DNA of 64,000 bases. It comes from Eledone cirrhosa. Lineage: Eukaryota. The notes under the pieces were generated by a model. The model did not search any database and was not told the DNA's origin. It saw only the letters and a program-made list of their open reading frames with translations. The DNA lies in the NCBI GenBank assembly GCA_964016885.1, contig OZ024743.1, positions 45,322,001 through 45,386,000 on the forward strand, given 5' to 3'. The position numbers and the translations under genes are program-made. Of the stretch, positions 54,150 through 64,000 are shown in pieces. Every line of letters starts with the position of its first letter. Within the stretch, counting starts at the first letter, position 1.

Positions 54150-54912
54150 GTCGTGTTTTTATTAGTCTTATTTTTATTGCCTGTCATCACTGCTTTACTG
54201 AGCACAGCTCTGGGCACTTTGTGTATGTACTATGTGGTTTTGTTTGTGTTGTTTCTATTACATTGAAATTACTCTTCATAATATGTGTGCAGTGCTTAGT
54301 AGTGTTATTGTTTGTATGCTGTATATATTTGTGAGTCCTGGAGTTTGGGTTATGTCTCTGTCTCTGAGTATTTCAATCATTCTCAGAACACTTATTATTA
54401 TAGGGATTGTTTCAGTTTTCGTCATCCACTTTTCGATTATTTCTATCTCTAGATCTTTATATTTGGATAATTGTCGTCTGTGGGGATTGATACATCAATT
54501 AGAAAGCATGTTTGTTTTCTTTTGTAGTTAATTGTTATTTCCCACCTCCATATATTCTACAGTTACTGTGTTGTGCTTCATTTAGTATTTCTGGTGATGA
54601 AGCTTTGATCTTGTGCTGCAATTATAAATCCATTTGTGTCAGTTTCAGTCCAGTGTTTCGTAGTTAGTTTGGGGAGTTTAGCTTGACGACTTCCTCTCTA
54701 TTCAGCTTTTCGGTTATTGGCCGTGTAAGGGTTTTCTTGCCATGGTTTTAGCAATGTATTTTGGAGGTCTGTTTTCAATTTAGCTTTTGTTTTTCACAAT
54801 TTCTGTTGTTGTTTCTTCTTTATTTTCATTTTCCTCGCAATTATCTGTCAATCCAGTTTCTGTTTTCAATTTGTTGGCTTCCTTGAAGACAAAAGACATT
54901 TTTTTTTATTTT
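54150..54912 (-). mobile_element. Decayed R4/Dong-type (restriction-like endonuclease) retrotransposon 3' fragment C
   Basis: Minus-strand translation pieces: FKEANKLKTETG, WQE-PLHGQ, GFIIAAQDQS, TCFLIDVSIP, SKYKDLEIEI, TIPIII, LLSTAHIL. Multiple frameshifts and deletions. Confidence 0.8.
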
Positions 54913-54941
54913 GTTCATGTTACGTAGCTATTAGTATTAAC

Positions 54942-54942
<1 letters not shown>

Positions 54943-54980
<38 letters not shown>

Positions 54981-55094
54981 GTTATTATTATTGTTGTTGT
55001 TGTCGTCGTCGTCGTTGTCGTCGTCGTCGTCGTCGTCATTGTTGTTGTTGTTCTTGTTGTTGTTGCTGTTGCTGTTGTTGTTGTTATTATTATT
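54943..55094. repeat. Compound trinucleotide microsatellite (TTA)n(TTG)n(TCG)n(TTG)n(TTA)n
   Basis: Direct inspection. Confidence 0.97.
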
Positions 55095-55199
55095 TGAACT
55101 TCCTTTGAATTCTACTTCTTTTCCATATATTGCCAAGTGTCAAACTGACACCTCAGGCGAAACTCGGTACAATCAATTGTCATACAAATGATGCCATAG

Positions 55200-55400
55200 A
55201 GACATAAACAACAGTAAATGTATTTGCAAGGTATTTAAGTACTATTTTCTGCATCTTGTTTAGAGATGGTTGTTCAGGCATCTGGTCCAAATATTTTTCA
55301 GTTTCCTTTTTTTTAAAATCATTTTCCTCACAATTATCTGTCTATCCACTCTCTGTTTTGAATTTGTTGGCTTCCTTGAAGGACGGAGGAACTCATAAGA
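55200..55400 (-). mobile_element. Short R4/Dong-type fragment D, paralogous to 54780-54900
   Basis: caattatctgtctatccactctctgttttgaatttgttggcttccttgaag (55331-55381) closely matches caattatctgtcaatccagtttctgttttcaatttgttggcttccttgaag (54838-54888). Confidence 0.7.
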
Positions 55401-55714
55401 GTCAACGGCCATCAAAAAGAAAACAAAAAAAAATATGTAAAATCAATGGGTGACAGTAGTTCCAGCTGCACGCATTGAAAGACTCTCGTGTAGTGGTTCT
55501 GTGAATGGCTTTGCAGATGACCAATGCAAATTGACAATTGTAAGGCGCTCCTGCTCGAGTTAGAACAGAACTATTGACCTTTAGAAGAAGCAGCGACCCC
55601 TGATTGTATTCAGCAACTGAAACAAATATGAAGTACACCAAATCCAATGCTCCTAGGGGCGGCCCTGGTTCTTCTTATTTGCGAGTGTAAACTCGGCCAG
55701 TTTAGATTAGATTA

Positions 55715-56273
55715 GAATAGATTTTTATCATTCCTAATGAACTGACTATTACTGGTATTATACAGGCTTTAAGATGCCACATTTTCTCAATTTCAATTGA
55801 TAGATCTTTATATTTACTGGATTATCGGGACACTTTCGACGAGGTGTCAAGATCTGATGAAATGCTTATATCAATTAAGAAGCATGTTTTTTTTTTTTCG
55901 TTATGGTCCTTCCCAATTATACCAGATCTGTTGGCCTTGATTGTTCCGTCGGTGTTCATGGAAAGCTCATTGGATTGTTACATTCTCATCTCCTGATACT
56001 GCATCTTGGTAATAGTTGTACCATGTTCCCTCTGTTTTATACCATAAAACCTGAATATTACTCAGAGTAAATATTACCCCACTCTACCATGTCTCATTTT
56101 AAATTCCTGGGGAGCTAATACTTTGCCGCCTGAAACCAGGTGGTCACAGAATCGACACTTTGGGACAGTTCCATTTCTGATCACATTCAATTGAAAGTTG
56201 CACGTTGAAAAACACTGGTCTTGTACAGCCAATGTGAACCCCTCACCCTCTGCTTTTAGCCCAGAACTCTGTA
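55715..56273 (-). mobile_element. Decayed R4/Dong-type RLE-domain fragment B
   Basis: SSGLKAEGEGFTLAVQDQC, KCRFC..HLVSG and RH.RVG, then TDGTIKANR, TCFLIDISI and IPVIVSSLGMIK across frames. Confidence 0.8.
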
Positions 56274-58345
56274 TATTATTATTATTATTATTATTGTTAT
56301 TATTGCATTTATCTTGCTTTATATTCATACGATTTATCACCAAGTCACAACCAGTGACCTCAAGAGACAACAAGGTCCGCCATGTTAAAGAAAGAGCATA
56401 CATACACACACATGCATCTTTCGGTGTTTAGACTTGTGATGTACTTATATTGACGGAATCTTCCTTAGTATATGGGCAGTTCCCATTAATACTATCTTTT
56501 ATATTTCTTCTATACGCGGGTTTCCTGGTATTTGGGATAAGTAATCATTAGACCCCTTAGGTATCATTCCTAGAGCGCCTACAACCACTGGTATTGTTTT
56601 AGTTCTCAACTTCCACATTTTTCCAATTTCTATCTCCAGGTCCTTATACTTGCTCAATTTTTCAAATGTTTTTATAGATACATTCTTGTCTATTGGAACG
56701 GACATATCAATTAGCAGCCATACCCTCTTTTTAAAGTCCTTCAGTATTATATCAGGTCTATTTACATTTATTGTTCGATCTGTTTGGATGCTAAAGTTCC
56801 ACAAGATTGAGATGTGATCTTTTTCATGTACGGGAGGTGGTTGAGGCTCCCACTAATTCTTTTGATGGGGCAGGTCAAAATGTTTACACATTATCCAATG
56901 TATGTATTGTGCAGCTCTGTCGTGCCTGTTTAAGTATTCGGTTGGAGCTATAGGACTGCACATTGAAATTATATGATCAATGGTCATTGGTTGTTTTTTA
57001 CATACACGGCATAATGGGTTGCATCCATTTTTTATTATGTTGGCTTGATAATTTTTTGTTGGCAGACACTGATCTTGTGCTGATATAATCAGTCCTTCAG
57101 TCTCCGATTTCTGTCCAAAATCATCTCTATTATGCATCGGCTAATGTCACCACTCACTTATGTGGAGTGAAAAGACATTGTTTCTATCAGCATGTCTATG
57201 TCACTTGTTGATTTTATACTTTATTTTCACCTACTTTGTAGTTTGTTAAAATGTCTATGTCAGATCGGCGAAGGTTCATTCGGCGATTGATGTTCTCTGG
57301 TCAAGTAGATTTCTTGTGGGAATTCCTTTGTTTTTTCATCTTCACTCCACATAAGTGAGTGCTGACTTTAGCCGATGCATAATAGAGATGATTTAGATCA
57401 GTAATGTTTAGTTTATTTGTGATGATAATGTTTTTGAGAGTTATGTTAGTATTGTGTATTATCCTTTGGTTGTGTTTAGAGTTCTGGATCTTAGGGAGGG
57501 TGTCTCGTTGCCCCATGTCAGATTCTTTCATTTTCATCCATTCGATCATAATTTCATTCTTCAAGTTGGCGAGTTCATTCTCATTCATTTCTTTATCATT
57601 GACGATCTCGTTGTTTTCATTTTCAGTTTCATCTTGAGCATGCTCTCCTTCCACCTTTTCGATCCTTTCTTTAATTTGTTCTGCTGTCAGTGATTCCGCC
57701 CCAACCCTGGGATTTGAAGTGTTACAATTTACCTCGTTTTCACTAACACATGTTTCATTTTCCCTTCGCTGACTTTGCGCTAATTGCTTGATCTGATCAA
57801 TTTCTATATCAGTAACTTTTTCTTAACAATACTTCTTCGTATATTGGCTAGTTTGTTACTGTCAATATAGTCTCTGTTTTGGGGATGTTTCTTTTTCCAG
57901 TGGATATATGTCTGTTCTGTATTTGATCTATTTGATAGGTAGTACATGGCAGTGTAGAAATCCTTGACCATTTTTCTCTCTTTTTCTTTGGATTTCTTGG
58001 TGGGAGCATGGAGGGCCAACAGTAGGAGTATTCCGGTTATGGGAGGTCTCCAGCTACGAATTGATGGGAAGGTTTGAACCATTAGCTGATTTTTCGACCC
58101 CAGTCTGATTCCGTTCTGAGGGACGTGGCCCTTTTTGATCCGGGTATCGGCCGATCCGGTATGAGATTTTATCATTTGACATTGGCTTTATTTTGTTGCG
58201 TTTTATCCTTAACCGCCAAGGGGTAATCATTTCGAGTTACCACTCCTAGGACGAGTGTCAACCAAGACTAGAGGGGTCGTCCTCCCCTAGAGACAAGGCT
58301 ATTCCCCGCCGGCCGCCATCCCTGTATCTCTTGGTCACGGAGTTT
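56274..58345 (-). mobile_element. R4/Dong-type non-LTR element A: 5' UTR, N-terminal region, zinc finger/RLE domain, 3' UTR and (AAT)n tail; RT domain deleted
   Basis: N-terminal KLANIRRSIVKKKLL and RDTLPKI...NITDLNHLYYASA. C-terminal SETEGLIISAQDQ, CRVC...DHIISMC (CCHC), RHD, WNFSIQTDRT..NRPDIILKD..LIDMSVP..EKLSKYKDL (PD-D/ExK nuclease), IPVVVGALG and LMGTAHILRK. (AAT)n tail at 56274-56305. No RT motifs between the two parts. Confidence 0.88.
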
Positions 58346-59462
58346 TTTTTTTTGTTTTTTAAATTGTTATTATCATTAATGTGAGCACTCCGTGGCTAAG
58401 AAAGGAATTATTATTAATAATATAATATACTTTTTGTTGAAGTTGCCTTTGTTGTTGTTGTTGGCTATGCCGGTGGTGCTGGGACTTTTTCTATTTTTGG
58501 TGGGGAAGAGGGGGAACTTCAGTGCTATAGTCTTTAACTTTTGATCGAGTCATTAAGTCAGTCTATTTATATCATTTGCTGTTATTTGCTGTTATTTGGC
58601 TGTTCTATTTAGTGTAGACAGAGGGGTTTTTCTTCCATTTATAACCACTTTCTATTTCGAATATAAAATTTCTAATACAAAATTGAATATTTGAGCCATA
58701 TGCCAGGGTGTTATGGGTTCTCATTTCCCGAGAGCGAAGACTGGTGCCTTATGTCCCATTTGTACTAAGAATTGTTATATCACAATTGTTTTAAATATGT
58801 TAAAAATCCAAAATTACGGGATCGATTCCAGAACACTCTACCCACCACGTGCGTCTTCTTCCCTTATTATTATTATTATTATTATTATTGGCGACCTACG
58901 TAGTAAATCGTATCATCGTGAGCTCCGCAAAGGTTTGTTATTTTCAGTTATTTAAAATTGCCATTTATGGAAAATTTTTATTGTTAACTGTATATAAGTG
59001 CACATACATTGATTTCTGAAAAGGACACTCAAAAATATTGGGGCCTTGAGCCCAAAATTTAAACCTTTTATAATTATCAAACAAAACAAATTTCTTTGAA
59101 AAATCATGCATGACTCGGAGTCACTCCTTCCTCACAAACTAACACCTCACACCGACACCACCATTGTAAATATTACTACGTTTGCCAACACTAAAAATAT
59201 AAGCAGTAGCAATATTTTAAATTGCCAGACATTCAGCCAGACATTCATTTCCCGCCATTACCAATGACTGCAGGTGTTAAAGCCGCCACTCCCACCACCA
59301 CCACCACCACAGCGACAACCTCCACCACCACCACAGCGACAACAGAAACAAAAGAAAAAATAAATAAACTCGTGATATCGAAATGAATTCAACCAAAATG
59401 AACTCTTCCACACCGAACACCACTGACGCCACCACCACCACAACTGAAACAAAATTAACAAT

Positions 59463-60874
59463 ATGAAAAATAACGATAACAACAACAGCAACAATGAAAT
59501 TAAGAAAACTACCCTGAGTTTTGCCAGAGTAGCAAAAACGTGCGAAACAATCCAGGTAACTCAGGAGGAATTAGAAGAAGCCAAAAGAATGGTAAAGAAA
59601 GATGGGTACAGGGTCAGCCTCAACCCCCCACCCCCACCCCACCTAATAAAATGGAGCATCGTCGCCTATGCACCGTGTCTTATCGGACAGTTATTATAAA
59701 ATCACGCCGAGTGTGAACGGGCATCTGAGTCCCAAATCCAAAAAGCTTTGGGACATGTGTGGGCAAAAAAAAACACACATCAGACGTGGGCAGAAATATG
59801 GAACCGTGGACGTGTTCTTTGAAACACCACAGGAGGCCAGAGAACACTCCATGGCCCCATTAAGATGTGACGACTTCACCCTCGTCCCACGCTATTGTGG
59901 CCAGAACCTTGTGAAGATCAGGGAGACCCACGTTCCACCGGCGATCGAAATTCCCTGGCTAATGGCTGCCGTCCTCGCCGGCATCGAGACCAACACCAAG
60001 ATAATCGAAATAGCGAAAGAAAAGCAGGAGAACTGGTCCGTATCTGGGATAGAGCTCCTGATCCAAGCGGACCATAAAAGCATTGAGGAGATCCCAGAGG
60101 TAATACACTTCACTGACGGCAGCCACCTCACCATAATCGTCGAGGGCAGAAGGCCTAGGTGTGTCGTTTGTGGTGAAGGAACCCACCTAAGGGCTTTCTG
60201 CCCTCAGGCTAAAAGGTTGAAGCCACCTCTCTTACCCACCCCAGTGACTCAACCATCAACACCACCAGCAGCAGAAATGGCAGCATCAACTGTAGCAGCA
60301 ACAACAGAAGCAACTGTAACAGCAACAACCCCAGCAACAGTAGCAAAACCAACACAACCACCACCCAACGCGCCAGAACTGGCACCAGCGCCTACACCAT
60401 CCACCACGCCACAACCAAAACCAACGCCTGTGGAAGATTTTCCACTCCCCGGCTTATCGCAACTGGAGACAGATTATGACGACGAGGAGTGGGAAACGGT
60501 ATCAGGAAAAAAGAAAAAAAAAACAAAAAAGAAAAAATTCTCTTCCTTCCCCCTCCAAAAACAAAATACAGAGGGAAACAAATAAATTATCAAACAAAAA
60601 AGTTAGGACAGATATGCCACCATCCACACCAGCATCCCCAACCCCACCACCACAAACATCAACACCATCACCATCATTAACCCCAACACCACCATCACCA
60701 ACACCACAAAAGTCACCAAAAAGCGTAACAGAAACAAACCCACAACAAACGCAAACAAAACAAAACAACCAAAACGATACACACTACACAGCATTAAATT
60801 TGAACAACAACCAATTATTACACTACATGCAACACAACACCAGCATCACAGAAGAAGACTACACAACAACCTAA
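59463..60874 (+). pseudogene. Tx1-like ORF1 (gag-like nucleic-acid-binding protein), frameshifted
   Basis: Start M...LSFARVAK (59463), VEGRRPRCVVCGEGTHLRAFCP (CX2CX4HX4C), Pro/Thr-rich tail and EEWETVSGKKKK. Frameshifts near the poly-C tract at ~59625-59700 and the poly-A tract at ~60510-60540. Confidence 0.8.
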
Positions 60875-61109
60875 AAGTTCACACCACCTCCACACATACA
60901 AATCACTCGCATCACAGAGAAAACGTACACGACACTAAAACAAAAATTCCCCCAAAACATCGGAGACTTCCGACAAACACTCTCCAGGGGGATTTATAAG
61001 GACATCCTTCCGGAGGAGGCCACAAGCAGTGAAAAGGATGGACAAACCATCCTTCCTCTACGAGAAGTAAGGTAAGTGGTCTTTCCCATCTTTTCCACTC
61101 CATTTCAAC

Positions 61110-64000
61110 AAAATCTCACTCAGAATAGGCAGCATAAATGCGCATGGCTTGGGGTCGTCATGGAAGCATGGCCACCTGCTCAACGACCTCAGGTCACTAA
61201 ACATAGATGTAGTGGCCATCAGCGAGACCAGAATCTCCGAAGCACGGGCCTTCGCACCGATCTTCGGCGGCTACGATGCGTACGCATCTCCCAGCCATCC
61301 GAGATCGGGGGAGGAGTTGCTGTGCTTTTTCGGAGAGGTTTGGATCTCGCCATACGGGCCATCTTCCTGGACCCAGAAGGTAAGTTGTTAGTGTTAGACT
61401 TGACCAGCGGAGACGGGCAAGCTTTCAGGCTAGTGGCCGTCTATGCCCCGACAGGAGCAGGGCGGCCTGATTTTTTCCGGCGTCTGGAGACCTTTCTTGG
61501 AACGTCCCGCTCTTTAGTGTTAGTGGGCGACTGGAACGGGATCTTAGATGCACGCTGGGACTTTGTAGGATTAGCGGATAGGGGAGGAGGGTGCAAGAGC
61601 CTCACCAACCTGCTCAGGCGTTTTGAACTGTCTGACAGGTACCGATTGGATTTCCCGAATGTGCCAATGTGGACTTGGACAAATCGCATAGGGTCATCCA
61701 GATCATATCTAGATAGAGTATTTTGTAATGAAATAGATAGGTCTAGCATAGGCTGTCCACAATTCAAGATAGTCAGCTACACGGACCACAAATTCGTGAT
61801 CTGTGTGCTTGAATTAGACAGGCTTCATAGACGAGGACCCGGCTACTGGAAGCTAAACGCGTCCTTACCAGCGCGCAAGGCCTACAGAGACCGGATTAGC
61901 GAACTAGAAAGAGCAATTAGAATAGAGTCCATTAGGTTTAGTAAGGCTTTAGCAATATAGATAAATAGAGCAGAGAGAGAATTAGTTAGAAAATTAGTCA
62001 AGGCGCTTAGCAAAGGCATTGCGACCGACGTACTTACGGCGAAATTGACCCTTGATAAATTCTTCAATGCAAAGCACGAAGGCTGCGTTGTCAGAGCTAG
62101 GGTGCGTGCTCTCAGACACGAGGGGACGAAAGCCGTTCAATGGGCCCGAGTGGCGGAGGCGCGTCGTGGAAACAAAGCCACGATCCGGTCTTTGGTGGAC
62201 CACGACGGGCGCATGCTACTCGATCCCGGGCAAATGTGTGAAGCTTTTCAGCGACACTTCGCTCAGCTGTTCGGGGGCAGCGGTGGGCCGGGTAGAGGGA
62301 TGGACTTTAGTGTCTACCTCGACGGACTGCCGCGGCTCTCGGCCACTGAGGCGAAGTGTTGCGAAAAGCCGATAACAGCCGCTGAAGTAAGGGAGGCAAT
62401 GACTGGCTGCACAAAGGGGTAAATCGCCTGGTTTGGATGGTCTGCCCTATGAACTTTACGTACAGATGCCAGACTTGTTCGGAGGCCTCTTGGCGGACGT
62501 CTACTGCAACTGGCAACAGAACGGGAGAATTCCCAGTTCTGTGAGCCGAGGAGCGGTGGCACTGCTGAGAAAGGATCCGAACAAGGGGGATAACATAGAT
62601 AATTTCCGGCCCATAACTCTGCTAAACACAGAGTTCAAGATTTTGGCCAAGGTGCTAGCAAAGAGGTTGGCGCTTGTCGTTGGTGGTCTGGTGGGAGAGG
62701 CGCAGACATGCGCCATTCCCGACAGATCCATCCACGGCAACCTCCACCTCATGCGATACATCATAGAGAGGGTAGCTAAGGAACCTGGCACGGGTGGGTC
62801 CTTGATCAATTTAGATCAGTCAAAAGCTTTCGATAGGGTCGACCATCGTTACCTAGCGGCAGTCCTGAGGGCGGCTGGCTTTGGGCCCGTCTTCAGAGGC
62901 TGGATCGCTGCCATGCACAGCGACATCTGCTCTGTGGTGAGAGTGAACGGTCACCTGTCGGAACCGTTCAACATCATGCGCTCGGTCCGCCATGGATGTC
63001 CCCTCTCGTCCCTCTTGTATGTATTGACTCTCGAGCCATTACTGCACAAACTGGAGACGTTGAGGGGAGTCCCGCGCGAACTAGGATGCGGAAGATCCGT
63101 GTCAGCATATGCGGACGATGTCACCGTAGTGGTGTCGAACGCCAAACACATCGAAGCGATCGGCACTACACTCTAAGAGAATACGAAGCGGTGACAGGAG
63201 CAATGATCAACCAGGAAAAGTCAGTGGGACTGCAGCTCGGCACCTGGAGAGGCAGGTCTATGCCGTCCAACAGCGCGTCGGACGCTGGACGGACGGACCG
63301 GTTAAATTGCTAGGGGTCTGGTTCGGTCCGGACCTCCAGACGGACAAAAACTGGGACGAGGTGACGAGCAGGGTGGCTTCTCTCACCCAGAAATGGGCGG
63401 AGAGGAAGCTATCCCTGAAAGGTCGAGCGGAGGTGGCTAACGCGTACATCGTGTCTGTCATCTGCTACCGCCTGACCGTCGTACCTTGTCCTAAGCCTCG
63501 CCTGACTGCGCTGGAGCGTTTGCTCTTTCGCTTTTTGTGGAAGGGACGTGCTCCGATGGTCAGGCGGTCCATCTGTTGTCAACACCCGCTACGTGGAGGG
63601 CTGGGCATGCCGTGGCTGATGATGCGCAGGCACGCGCTCAGGCTACGACATCTCCACCTCTTCCTCGACGGTGATCGGGTGTGGTCGCCGTTTGCTAGAC
63701 ACGTATTTCCCCAGCTCGTTTCCTTGACGGAGCTGCAGTCCTGGGTCAAGCGAAGACCGAGAGGGAGCGCCTGGAGACTGGAATGTCTTCAGGTGCTCAC
63801 AGCCCTCGACCAATCGGGCAATGTGATCGGTGGAAACTCCACCTCGGCGTTCTATAGAGGATTAGTGGAGGGGAAGAGCGACGACGTACTTGGGGAAACT
63901 CTAGGCGTCGACGAAAATCAACTAGCCAATCTCTTCGGAAGAACTTTCGGGCCAGGGCCTATGGACAACTTCCAGAAATCTCTGGCCTGTCAGTGCTACC
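61110..64000 (+). pseudogene. Tx1/L1-like ORF2 (APE endonuclease + reverse transcriptase), disrupted by frameshifts and stops
   Basis: APE: RIGSINAHGL, DVVAISET, GGVAVL, VYAP, VGDWN, SYLDRVF, YTDH, GPGYWKLN. RT: DGLPYELY, FRPITLLNTEFKILAK, LDQSKAFDRVDH, SVRHGCPLS, YADD. Then INQEKS, LLGVWFG, LSLKGRAEVAN, FLWKG and GGLGMP. Confidence 0.93.

Larger units (their letters stand above)
59250..64000 (+). mobile_element. Tx1/L1-clade non-LTR retrotransposon, degenerate, 3' end beyond window
   Basis: Two-ORF layout: ORF1 with a CCHC knuckle, ORF2 with APE endonuclease and RT. GC-richer than its flanks. The 5' boundary is uncertain (~59100-59460). Confidence 0.92.

Noticed and set aside
55140-55170. 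ctgacac...gaaac as a hammerhead ribozyme
   Set aside because: The core is not CTGANGA and I could not form stems I and III.
58815-58856. Possible tRNA/SINE head on the minus strand (gtggtgggtagagt...ggaatcgatccc)
   Set aside because: Too short and degenerate, box spacing is too tight, and there is no second copy in the window.
59694-63461. Antisense and alternative-frame ORFs overlapping the Tx1 element
   Set aside because: They are shadow ORFs of GC-rich retrotransposon coding sequence with no motifs.

Overview
This is eukaryotic, repeat-only DNA with no intact protein-coding gene that I can support. Bases 1 to ~47746 are the right-hand end of a highly homogeneous 42-bp tandem satellite (consensus GTCTATCACCCAAGTAGACCAACGGAACTTTATGAGATTCTA, ~1,135 monomers, all head-to-tail). 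The array has linked sequence variants, 43/41/40-bp indel monomers and several kilobase-scale higher-order duplications (periods 7151, 3317, 8362/10128, 1766 and 3198 bp). The very long ORFs on both strands are by-products of a 14-codon stop-free repeat. The remaining ~16 kb is AT-rich and holds microsatellites, tRNA-derived SINEs and decayed non-LTR retrotransposons: an RTE 3' end, a CR1-group fragment, a same-strand cluster of R4/Dong-type elements, and a Tx1/L1-clade element running off the right edge. The SINEs resemble ones I recall from Octopus genomes, so the host assignment is inference. The most interesting signal is that the last satellite monomer reads colinearly into the head of a tRNA-derived SINE, and the monomer itself aligns to that SINE's B-box region, suggesting the satellite was born from this SINE copy. 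Coordinates were read by eye; decayed-element boundaries are approximate.
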